DNA of 25,350 bases from Actinomycetales bacterium (lineage in GTDB: Bacteria; Actinomycetota; Actinomycetes; Actinomycetales; Cellulomonadaceae): contig JAAYZM010000297.1 in the NCBI GenBank assembly GCA_012514835.1, forward strand, positions 1-25,350. Direction: 5' to 3'. Position numbers and translations under genes: made by a program. The first letter of the stretch is position 1; the number at the start of each line of letters is the position of its first letter. The notes below the pieces were generated by a model. The model was not told the DNA's origin, made no database searches, and saw only the letters and a program-made list of their open reading frames with translations. Shown one piece after another: positions 8,404-17,021 of this stretch.

Positions 8404-11400
8404 TCAGGGGCCGTCCCCGCCCGGCGGGCCACCCCCACCGGGCGGACCACCACCGGGCGGGCCGCCCCCGCCGGGCGTCGTGACCGTGACCACGTGCTCG
8501 CTGCGCGGGTCGGTGCTGCCGGGCGCGTCCCACGTCGCACGGATCGTGATGCTGGGTGCGGCGACGTGCGTGCTCGGGACGGTGAACGACACGGTCCCCG
8601 AGGCGTTGGTCGTGAGGTCCGCGCTCGTCCACACGACGCTCCCCGTCGAGCTGAGCACCGTGACGCGCACCGTGCGGCCCGAGGCGTCGAAGCCCGAGAT
8701 CCCGCCGAGCCGCGCACTGCACGAGATTCCCGTGCCCTCCGTGCGGGTGTCGGGGCAGCCCGTGAACGTGAACCCGAGGTCGCTCAGGGTGCCCGTGACC
8801 GGGACGTCGCGGCTGCCCTCGAAGGGCCCGAGGCCGAGCCCCGCCCCGTCCCACGTCGCGGTGACCTCGAGGGTCCCGGCCGTGACGCGCTCGCGCGGGA
8901 CCGTGAACGTCGCCGACCCCCCGGAGTCGGTCACGAGGTCGACGCTCCAGGACCCGGACGCGACCGTGAGGGAGCGTCCTGCGGCGCTCACCCCCGTGGG
9001 CGGCTCGAACCTGACCGAGCACGCGAAGGCCGTGAGCAGGACCGCGTCGGCGGGGCAGAAGGCGAAGGTGAACACCTCGGGCACGAGCTCGGCCGTGACG
9101 GTCGCGATGCTGCCGGGGCTCGTCCCCGCGACGATCGTGGTCCCGCCCCATCCCGTGGGCGGGGTGACCGAGGCGGAGATCTGCGTGGCGGGGACGTAGA
9201 CGACGGTGTCGCTCGCGCCCGCCGCGACGGTCCGCTCGAGGGTGAAGTCGTCCGGTCCGACGACGACCGCGATCCTCGCCTCGGCACTCGTCGTCGGGGG
9301 GGCGCTCGCGCGCAGCCGGACCTCGCGCTCGGCGACCGTCATCGTGATCGTCGCCGAGCCACCGGTCACGGCAGTCGCGGTGCCCACGTGGCTCCCGTAG
9401 TGGTTCGCGGGTCCTGTCACGGTCGGGGTCCACGTGCCGACCGGCAGCTGGGGGAAGGACGTGGAGAACACGTTGCCGCTCGCCCCTGCCCGGACGAGGG
9501 TCGCGGGACCGAAGGTCGCGGGGTCGCCGTCGTCGGTCTCGCCCTCGAGCACGACCTGGGCGCCCGTGAGGTCGGTCCCGTGGGTCGAGGTCACCTGGAC
9601 GGTCGCGGCGACGAGGTCGAGGTCGGCGACCAGGTCGACGATCGTCGACTGGCCCGAGGACACCGAGATCGTGCGCATCGCGATCAGCGCGCCGGGCGGC
9701 TCTCCCTCGGCCGCGGGCTCGCGCGCCTCGACGACGTAGTCGCCCGGGTCGACGTCGAGCATGCGGTACTGGCCGATCGAGGAGGACACGGCGGACGCGA
9801 CGACCTCGGTCCCGTCGACCTCGCGCAGCGTGACGGTCTTGCCCACGAGCGGCTGGACGTTCCCGTTCGCGAGGCGCCGCCCGACCGTGCCCTGGACGGA
9901 CCCCGAGGGCGTCGTGAGCGCGATCGGGAGGGTCTTGTGCGTGTCGGCCTCGACCGTGTGCTTGACGTGGGCCGAGAGGAAGGTCTTGCCCGCAACGCTC
10001 ACGTCGTAGGTGATCGGCAGGAGATCGACGAACAGGTACTCGCCCTCACCGACCCCGGTGCACGCCGGGGGCGGGTCGGTGAGCCGCGCGCACGGCAGGA
10101 TCTCGCGGATCCCACCGCCCTCCTCCCAGCGCAGCTTGACGTCCATCCCGTCGACCTTCGTGCTGCCGTCGAGCACGGTCACGGTGAGCTTCGCGGGGAG
10201 GGGCGCGAGGTCCAGGTCGACGTCACCCCTCTGCTCGCCCTCCTCGAGGACGACGTCCTCGGAACCTCCTTCGGCGTAGGTGCGCGGGAGGTGTCCCGGC
10301 GCGGTCGCCCGGACCCGCCACGCGACCCCGCTCTCGAGCCCTTCGTCCTCGACCGTCCCGGTGATGCGGTAGGCGCCGAGATCGCCAGACGTCGCACCGA
10401 AGGTCTGCGTCCCGCCGGCGACGGGCCGTTCGGCCGTGACCTGGGCCCCGGGGAGCTCGACGACCCAACCCGAGTCGGCGGAGATCACGGTGCGGATCGT
10501 CCCCGAGACCGCACCGAGCCGCGTGAGGTTCGCGGCGTGCGGCGGTTCGGCGGGTCGGCCTGCGGTCACCACGACGCTCTCCTCGAGGTGCCGGTACCCC
10601 GCCGCCCGGGTCTCGACCGTGTAGCTCCCGGGGACGAGGCCTCCGAGGTCGACGCGCCCGTCGGGGCCGGTGACGCCCTGACCGACCTCGGTCGCGCCCC
10701 GGGTCACCGCGACGTGCGCGCCGGCCACGGGCGAGCCCTCGTCGCGCGCCTCGACGACGAGCCGCCCGTGCTGCGTGAGCGTCCACAGGGCGGTCTGCTC
10801 GCTCGCGCCCGGCTCGACGTCGAGCTCGAGGTCGACCCCCGTGAACCCTGGCCGGGCGACGCGCACCGTCCACACCCCGGGGCGGATCAGGTTGTCGCCC
10901 GAGCTCGCCGAGTCGGACACGGTCACCGCGCCCGTCTCGGGGTCTGCGACGAAGCTCACGACCCCGGCGCCGGGCGGACGCCCGAGGATCTCGAAGGTCA
11001 CGTCGTCGTACGCCCCGGGCCCGTCGGGGACCGCGGGGTCGAGCACGACCTCACCCTCGAGGGGGACGGGCAGCGGGGTCAGGGTGATCATCCCGATCTC
11101 GCCGGCCGCGACCGGGACGACCGGCCGCGCCTGGAACCTCGGGTCCGGGACGCGGACGGTGACCATGCGGTCGATCAGCTCGAACGCCTGCCCCGCGCAC
11201 TGCGCGTCGACCGTGCACACCGCGACCGTCCCGCTCGCGTCGGTGCGGAAGGTGCGGTCGACCGTGATCGGGATCGAGCCCACGAAGTGCGTCACCCCGC
11301 TCACGATCACCTCGACGTCGCGCAGCGGTGTGAGCGGCCCGTCGGTCTTCTGCCAACCGACCTGGAACTCGAACGAGGGGATGCCGGTCGTGACGATGAT

Positions 11401-14400
11401 CTGCGCCGCGACCTCCTGGTTGAGGTCGACCTGGACGGTCGTGGACCCCACGACGTTGCCGCTCACGCCGTCGAGGACCTCGAACACCCACGTGCCCGAG
11501 GCGAGCCGGGCGACCGAGACGAAGCCGTTCGTCGTGCGGTGCTCGGTCCCCCCGGTCTCGCCCGCACGACGCACGTTCACGGGCACGTCGTCGACCGCGA
11601 CGATCGATCCCGAGTCGCCCGCCTTGAGCACCGTGAGGTTGACGATCCCGAGCCGCTCGAGCGTCACCTCGTAGCGCCGCAGGTCGCCCGGGGCGAGCGA
11701 GATGCGCACGGGGTCGGGTGTGACGTACGAGCCGTGGACCCCGTGCAGCTCGACCCAGTAGGTGCCCGCGCGCAGGCGGTCGATCGTGTACGAGCCGTTC
11801 GTGACCTCGGCGCACCGGTGCGTCGCCGAGGCGCAGTGCTCGGCCGTGACGTCGCACGGGTCGCCCGTGATCGCCTCGGGCGCGGGGCCGTCCGCGGGGC
11901 TCACGACGACGCACGCCCCCGCAGGAAGCACGCCGACGCGCGGGATCACGGTCCCGGTGAGCGAGGGTGAGGGCTGGAGCGCGACGGTCGCGGCCTCGGC
12001 CCGCACGCCCATGCCGACCGTGACCTGGACCGAGCTCGGCTCATACCCGGGGGCGGACAGGTGGACGGTGAACCGCCCCGGGGGCAGTGCGTCACCCGTC
12101 GCGGGGTCGCTCGCGGGCAGGACGTAGGCCTCGGAGGGGTCGACCGCGGTCTCGAAGGACGCCGGGGTGCCGTCGAGGCGTGTGAAGTCGACGCGCGCGT
12201 GCACCTTGCACTCCTCGCCGCCGAACAGCACGACGCAGGTGAGCACGCCGCCGTGGCTCGCGTCGACGACGCGTCCCGTGATCGACCCGGTCGAGGTCAG
12301 ACCGTCGTCCTTGACGGGGGTGAGGCGAAGGTCGACGTGCGCCTCACGCCCGTCGCTCACCTCGACCTCGGCGTAGTCCTGGGTGAAGCCGAAGGACTGC
12401 ACGCTCAGCACGTACGTGCCCGCGGGAATGCCCGAGAACAGGAACGTGCCCTGACCGCCCGAGTCGGACATCGTGCGGAAGGACTCGGACTCCGAGGTCA
12501 GCACGAGCCCAGCCCCCGCGATCCCGGGTCCCTCGGTCGAGGTCACGGTGCCCTTGACGGCCCCTCCGCGGGTACCGGCCGAGATGTCCCAGTCGGTCCG
12601 GCCCGCCGGGCCGAGCCGTACCTCGCGCGTCACGGTGTTGTACCCGGGGCCCGAGACGGTCACGGTGTAGGTCGCGGGGACGGGCAGGTCGGGGAGCACG
12701 AAGGTGCCCGCGTTCTCGACCCCCGTCGCGGTGGTCGCGGTGCGCGAGGCCGAGCCGTTCGCGGCGGTCACCGTGAGCCCGCCGATCCCGCCCGTGCCGC
12801 CGAGCGCGTCCTTGCCCAGGACGCGCCCCGAGATCGAGGCGAGCCCGGGGCGCAGCCGCAGGTCGACCGTCCGCACGCCCGCGGCGGGCAGGGTCACGAG
12901 CCGCGAGCGCGCCCCGAGCCGGTCCGAGGCCGCGGTCACGAGGTAGGTCCCGGGGGTCGCGAGACCCTCGACCTGCCAGCGGCCGACCTCGCCGCGCGTC
13001 GCGGTACGGGTCGTGACGGTCGTGGTCCCGTCGCTGATCGTGACCTCGACCCCGCCCGCGGGTCCGTCGGGACCTGTCACGAGCCCCGAGAGCCGTCCCG
13101 TGCCCGCGCGCAGCTCGGTCTCGAGGGCCGCCGCGGCGAGCTCCTCGCCCGTGCGCAGCACACGCTGGGTCTGGAAGCCGGGCTTGCTGATCGACACGAG
13201 ATAGCGGGCCGTCGGGGACAGCCCCGCGATCGCCCACGCACCCTCGTCGTCCGAACGGACCGTCATGCGCTGGGTCGAGTCGTCGGTCGGGGCGAGCGGG
13301 AGGGCGGTCGCGAGGATCTTGCCGCCCGTCGCGGAGGCGGACGGCGCGCGCACCGCGCGCACCGCGCTCACGAGGCCGTACACCGCGCTCGCGGCGGGAT
13401 GCATCGCGGCGAGGGTCTCGCCGACCGCCTCGCCCGGGCCGCGCGCGTCGGCCGACGACGGCGCGTCGTCGACCCCGTCCCACAGGCTCGCTGCGGGCAG
13501 GACGGTCACGGTCGCCCCGCCCGGGCTCGGTCCGGTGATCTGCCCCGCGGCACGCACGCCGCTCGCGTCGTCGGGCGTCTCGTCGGTCTCGTCGCCCGGC
13601 GCCTCCTCGCCCTGGCCGTCCCCGCCCGCACCGGGGCCGGGCGCTCCGGGGCCGGGCGCGCCGTCGGTCGGCTCGGCGCCCGGGTCGTCCACCGCGACCT
13701 CGACCCGGTCGACCGAGGTCGAGCGGTCGGCGAAGCGGTCCGCGAGGTAGGGCAGGGCGACCGAGACGCCCGCGAGCCACAGCGCGAGCACGCTCACGAC
13801 ACCCACGACGCGTGCGAGGCCCGAGCCGACGAGCGGGCGCACCGAGAGGTTGCCCTGGACGTGCTGGGGCGCCGAGCGGCCCGTCGCGGTCACGGTGTAG
13901 GAGTGCCGCCGCCGCCAGCCGACGAGGCGCACGCGCGGGGCACGCACGCGGACGGGGACGCGCACCGTCGTCCTGGGCGCGACCCGCACGGGCCCCTCGG
14001 GCAGCTCGACCTCGAGGTCGTCGCGGCCCACGCCCGTCAGCGCGACGTCGGCGACATCGTCCGAGGCGTTGACGAGCACGACGTCGACCGCGGCCGAGCG
14101 GACCGCGCGCGCCTCGACCGGCTCGACGCTCATGACGGGCTCGCTCTCGCCGTCGACGCGCACGCTCGCGTCCGCGAGGACCCGGGCCGCGCTCCCGCGG
14201 ACGACGGCCTCGACCGCGACCACGAAGGGGTAGTCGCCCGGTGCCGCCCCCGCGGCGGGCACGAGGGGGACCGTCACGGTCACGGTCTGGTCGGCCGCGA
14301 CGCCCGGGACCACGAAGGTCTCGGGGGCCCACGTGGGCTCGAGCCCGACGACGGCGACGCGCACGTCGGCCGCCTCGGGGGCGAGGTTGCGCACGTGCAC

Positions 14401-14478
14401 GACGAGCGGAGCGGTCTCGCCCGAGGGGGCGTGCGAGCCCGGCTCGACGAGGATGCTCGGCGGTCTCAGGGTGCTCAT
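8404..14478 (-). CDS. Giant single-pass membrane protein: two N-terminal Ig-like domains, TM helix, ~14 carboxypeptidase-regulatory-like repeats, two terminal Ig-like domains, Gly/Pro tail; 2024 aa
   Basis: Start MSTLRPPS at 14478 with AGGAG 6 nt upstream (the track extends to 14589, overlapping the upstream gene). TM VVGVVSVLALWLAGVSVALPYL (~13744-13809). Repeated G-x-[FYW]-x3-[GD]L-x-PG-x-Y-x-V motifs typical of the carboxypeptidase-regulatory-like (CarboxypepD_reg/Cna-B-like) fold. Confidence 0.88.
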   Translation of the reverse strand: MSTLRPPSILVEPGSHAPSGETAPLVVHVRNLAPEAADVRVAVVGLEPTWAPETFVVPGVAADQTVTVTVPLVPAAGAAPGDYPFVVAVEAVVRGSAARVLADASVRVDGESEPVMSVEPVEARAVRSAAVDVVLVNASDDVADVALTGVGRDDLEVELPEGPVRVAPRTTVRVPVRVRAPRVRLVGWRRRHSYTVTATGRSAPQHVQGNLSVRPLVGSGLARVVGVVSVLALWLAGVSVALPYLADRFADRSTSVDRVEVAVDDPGAEPTDGAPGPGAPGPGAGGDGQGEEAPGDETDETPDDASGVRAAGQITGPSPGGATVTVLPAASLWDGVDDAPSSADARGPGEAVGETLAAMHPAASAVYGLVSAVRAVRAPSASATGGKILATALPLAPTDDSTQRMTVRSDDEGAWAIAGLSPTARYLVSISKPGFQTQRVLRTGEELAAAALETELRAGTGRLSGLVTGPDGPAGGVEVTISDGTTTVTTRTATRGEVGRWQVEGLATPGTYLVTAASDRLGARSRLVTLPAAGVRTVDLRLRPGLASISGRVLGKDALGGTGGIGGLTVTAANGSASRTATTATGVENAGTFVLPDLPVPATYTVTVSGPGYNTVTREVRLGPAGRTDWDISAGTRGGAVKGTVTSTEGPGIAGAGLVLTSESESFRTMSDSGGQGTFLFSGIPAGTYVLSVQSFGFTQDYAEVEVSDGREAHVDLRLTPVKDDGLTSTGSITGRVVDASHGGVLTCVVLFGGEECKVHARVDFTRLDGTPASFETAVDPSEAYVLPASDPATGDALPPGRFTVHLSAPGYEPSSVQVTVGMGVRAEAATVALQPSPSLTGTVIPRVGVLPAGACVVVSPADGPAPEAITGDPCDVTAEHCASATHRCAEVTNGSYTIDRLRAGTYWVELHGVHGSYVTPDPVRISLAPGDLRRYEVTLERLGIVNLTVLKAGDSGSIVAVDDVPVNVRRAGETGGTEHRTTNGFVSVARLASGTWVFEVLDGVSGNVVGSTTVQVDLNQEVAAQIIVTTGIPSFEFQVGWQKTDGPLTPLRDVEVIVSGVTHFVGSIPITVDRTFRTDASGTVAVCTVDAQCAGQAFELIDRMVTVRVPDPRFQARPVVPVAAGEIGMITLTPLPVPLEGEVVLDPAVPDGPGAYDDVTFEILGRPPGAGVVSFVADPETGAVTVSDSASSGDNLIRPGVWTVRVARPGFTGVDLELDVEPGASEQTALWTLTQHGRLVVEARDEGSPVAGAHVAVTRGATEVGQGVTGPDGRVDLGGLVPGSYTVETRAAGYRHLEESVVVTAGRPAEPPHAANLTRLGAVSGTIRTVISADSGWVVELPGAQVTAERPVAGGTQTFGATSGDLGAYRITGTVEDEGLESGVAWRVRATAPGHLPRTYAEGGSEDVVLEEGEQRGDVDLDLAPLPAKLTVTVLDGSTKVDGMDVKLRWEEGGGIREILPCARLTDPPPACTGVGEGEYLFVDLLPITYDVSVAGKTFLSAHVKHTVEADTHKTLPIALTTPSGSVQGTVGRRLANGNVQPLVGKTVTLREVDGTEVVASAVSSSIGQYRMLDVDPGDYVVEAREPAAEGEPPGALIAMRTISVSSGQSTIVDLVADLDLVAATVQVTSTHGTDLTGAQVVLEGETDDGDPATFGPATLVRAGASGNVFSTSFPQLPVGTWTPTVTGPANHYGSHVGTATAVTGGSATITMTVAEREVRLRASAPPTTSAEARIAVVVGPDDFTLERTVAAGASDTVVYVPATQISASVTPPTGWGGTTIVAGTSPGSIATVTAELVPEVFTFAFCPADAVLLTAFACSVRFEPPTGVSAAGRSLTVASGSWSVDLVTDSGGSATFTVPRERVTAGTLEVTATWDGAGLGLGPFEGSRDVPVTGTLSDLGFTFTGCPDTRTEGTGISCSARLGGISGFDASGRTVRVTVLSSTGSVVWTSADLTTNASGTVSFTVPSTHVAAPSITIRATWDAPGSTDPRSEHVVTVTTPGGGGPPGGGPPGGGGPPGGDGP
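8407..8475 (-). repeat. Gly/Pro coding repeat at the C-terminus (PGGGGPPGGGPPGGGGPPGGDGP)
   Basis: Three GGG(G)PP units read directly from the translation; CCGGGCGG/CCGGCGG recurs on the + strand. Confidence 0.8.
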
Positions 14479-14494
14479 CGTGGGCTCCTGGGGC

Positions 14495-17020
14495 TCATGG
14501 CACGATCTCGATCTCGATCTGGGCGTCCTCGCTCGCGTCGAGCGTGAACGGCGAGGAGGCGCCGAGGATGGTCCCGCCCGCGGAGGCACGGACCTCGAGG
14601 ATGTAGTTGTCGGGGGCGTCGACGTCGAGGAAGTCGAACGCGCCGTCGTCGTCGGTCGTCGTCGTGCGCAACGCGCCCACCGCGGTCCCGTACGCGGCCG
14701 CGCGGTAGAGCAGCACGGTGCGGCCCGCGACCGGCGTGCCGCCCTGGACGACCGTGCCGCGCACCCGGGCGGGCGCGACGAGCTCGGCGTCCTCGCGCAG
14801 CACCTGTCCCGCGGTGAGCACGACGATCTGCGAGGTCGCCCGGGTCCCCGCGCGCGCGAAGGACAGCGTGTACGTCCCGGGCGGGATCTTCTCGATCCGG
14901 AACAGGCCCGCGTCGCGGCGCGGCGTCGAGGCGGTCGTGACGCGCCACTCGGCGGTCCCCGAGGTGAGCGTGACGATCACGTTGGGGGCGTTCTGGGCCG
15001 GCGAGCCGTCGCCGAGGGTCTGCGTCACGCGCCCGTGCAGGACGGCCGTCGCCGAGCGCATCGCGACGTCGACGCGGTCCGCCGACGGCGCCCCCGCGGT
15101 CACCTGCCCGAAGGCGTCGAGGCTCACCGAGAGCACCTGCTGGGCGAGGTCGGTGCGCTCGAAGGTCAGGGTGTACGTCCCGGGCACCGCGAGGCCGTCG
15201 ACGTCCCACGCGCCCACGGGGTCGGTCGACCGGGTCACGGTCTGCAGGGTCGTCGCCCCGTCCGAGACGGTCACCGAGACCCCGCCCGCGTCGCCCCCGC
15301 CCTCGACCGTGACGCGGCCCGCGAGCGCGCCGCGGTCGCGCCCGAGCACGATGTCGACGCCCGTGAGCTGCTGGCCCTGCGTGAGGGAGAAGGACAGCGT
15401 CGCGGCGGCGTGGTCGTCGGCCGTGACGACCACGGTGTACGTCCCTGGCGTGGGCAGGCCGAGCAGGCTGAACGCTCCCTCGTCACCGAGCTCGGCCGTC
15501 TCGCTGATCGTCTCGAGGCGGGTCGCGCCCGAGACGGCGACGACGCTCGCTCGGCCGAGCGGGCCCTCGGGCCCGAGCACGGTGCCCGCGATCGTGCCGT
15601 CGCCGAGCACGAGCGGCAGCTCGACCCCGAGGCGGTTCTCGCCCGCCGCGACGTCGAGGCGCTGGACCTTGGTCGCGAAGCCCTGCTTGACGACGACGAC
15701 GTCGTACACCGCCGGGGAGGGGACGTCGGCGAGCTCGAAGGTCCCGTCCGAGGCGACCGGGACCGTTCGCACGACGGCCCCCGTCGACGCGCCGGGTGCT
15801 TCCCCGGGCTCGGGGCCGACCTGCCCCGCGAGCGGTTCGCTGTCGAGCGGCATCTCGAGGTGCACGGTCGCGCCCCCGACGTCCGAGCCGACCACGGTGC
15901 CCGCGATCGTCGCGGGGACCCCGCCCGCGACGACGAGCAGCCCTGTGACGGTGTCACCCTCGCCCGCGGCGACCGGCACCGCGTCCCCGGGGGCTGCCGC
16001 CGCGGGGTACCAGACCTCGGCGAAGCCTGCGCCGCGCACCCGCACGAGATACTCCCCCGCGGGGAGGCGGTCGACCGCGAAGGCGCCCGCGGCGTCGGTC
16101 GCGGTCGTCGCGACCGCCTGTGCCTGGTCGTCCGCGGCGAAGACGTCGACCGCGACGCCCGTGAGCGGTGCGCCCGTCGCGAGCTCGACGACACTGCCCG
16201 CGAGCCCCGAACGGCCCGAGGTGACCCCGCCGTCGCGGGCCTGGGCGACCTCGATCGCGAGCCGGCGGTCGGCCGCGGAGCGCTGCACGACCGAGGACAG
16301 CGCGACCGTGATGACGACCGCGAACACCGTGATCGCGAGCACGAGGCCCGCAAGACCGAGAGCACTGCGCCCGATGCGGGCCTTCTGCACGAACACCCCG
16401 GCTGCCGCGGGCGGGTCGTCGGGGCCGGGCGCGCCCGGTCCGGCGTACCGCACCTCGAAGGGGCGCATGACGGGGTCGCCGAACCAGCGACGCCGGGCGC
16501 GCACCTCGAGCACCGCGGGCTCGCTCGACCCGGGCGCGGGCGCGAGGGTCGCGGGCGTGAAGGTCATCTCGGCCTGTGCCTCGGGGTCGACCCCCACGAG
16601 CCGCACGGGGTCGGTCGTGTTGCCCGCGTTGTGCACCGTGAGGTGGAAGACCGCGTTCGCCCCGCCCGTGACGGTGCGCGGGTCGACGTCGATCGTCGTG
16701 CGCGGCTGGGCGGGCACCTCGACGACCGTGTCGAGCACGACCACCTGACCCGTGCCCGTGCGGTCGAGCACCTGGACCGTGAAGTGCCGGTCGCCCGCGA
16801 GCGTGCCCTCGGGCAGGGTCAGGCTCACGCGCGTCGTGAGGGTCGCCCCCGGGAACAGGCGCGGGCTCGGGTCCTCGATCGTGACCCAGCTCGCGTCGGC
16901 TCCCAGGACGCGCACGTCGTAGCCCGCGATCACGTCGCTCGTGTTGGTGAGCGTCACGAGCATCTCGACGGGCGAGCCCGCGTACGCCGTGACGCGGCGT
17001 GGTGCGACGTCGACGTGCAT
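14495..17020 (-). CDS. Single-pass membrane protein: two N-terminal Ig-like domains, TM helix, six carboxypeptidase-regulatory-like repeats; 841 aa
   Basis: ATG17020 lies 1 nt after the upstream stop. TM LGLAGLVLAITVFAVVITVAL (~16298-16360). Six repeat cores: GAFAVDRLPAGEY, GTFELADVPSPAVY, GAFSLLGLPTPGTY, GAWDVDGLAVPGTY, GLFRIEKIPPGTY, GAFDFLDVDAPDNY. Confidence 0.9.
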   Translation of the reverse strand: MHVDVAPRRVTAYAGSPVEMLVTLTNTSDVIAGYDVRVLGADASWVTIEDPSPRLFPGATLTTRVSLTLPEGTLAGDRHFTVQVLDRTGTGQVVVLDTVVEVPAQPRTTIDVDPRTVTGGANAVFHLTVHNAGNTTDPVRLVGVDPEAQAEMTFTPATLAPAPGSSEPAVLEVRARRRWFGDPVMRPFEVRYAGPGAPGPDDPPAAAGVFVQKARIGRSALGLAGLVLAITVFAVVITVALSSVVQRSAADRRLAIEVAQARDGGVTSGRSGLAGSVVELATGAPLTGVAVDVFAADDQAQAVATTATDAAGAFAVDRLPAGEYLVRVRGAGFAEVWYPAAAAPGDAVPVAAGEGDTVTGLLVVAGGVPATIAGTVVGSDVGGATVHLEMPLDSEPLAGQVGPEPGEAPGASTGAVVRTVPVASDGTFELADVPSPAVYDVVVVKQGFATKVQRLDVAAGENRLGVELPLVLGDGTIAGTVLGPEGPLGRASVVAVSGATRLETISETAELGDEGAFSLLGLPTPGTYTVVVTADDHAAATLSFSLTQGQQLTGVDIVLGRDRGALAGRVTVEGGGDAGGVSVTVSDGATTLQTVTRSTDPVGAWDVDGLAVPGTYTLTFERTDLAQQVLSVSLDAFGQVTAGAPSADRVDVAMRSATAVLHGRVTQTLGDGSPAQNAPNVIVTLTSGTAEWRVTTASTPRRDAGLFRIEKIPPGTYTLSFARAGTRATSQIVVLTAGQVLREDAELVAPARVRGTVVQGGTPVAGRTVLLYRAAAYGTAVGALRTTTTDDDGAFDFLDVDAPDNYILEVRASAGGTILGASSPFTLDASEDAQIEIEIVP

Positions 17021-17021
17021 G

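Noticed and set aside
8341-11970. 1209-aa + strand ORF (also 12061..14547 and 14333..17044)
   Set aside because: Antisense shadows of the - strand repeat proteins. They are Arg/Gly/Ala-rich without motifs, as expected when GC-rich codon usage removes stops from other frames.
14504-14520. GATCTC hexamer run
   Set aside because: It simply encodes the terminal beta-strand (QIEIEIV) of the 841-aa protein.
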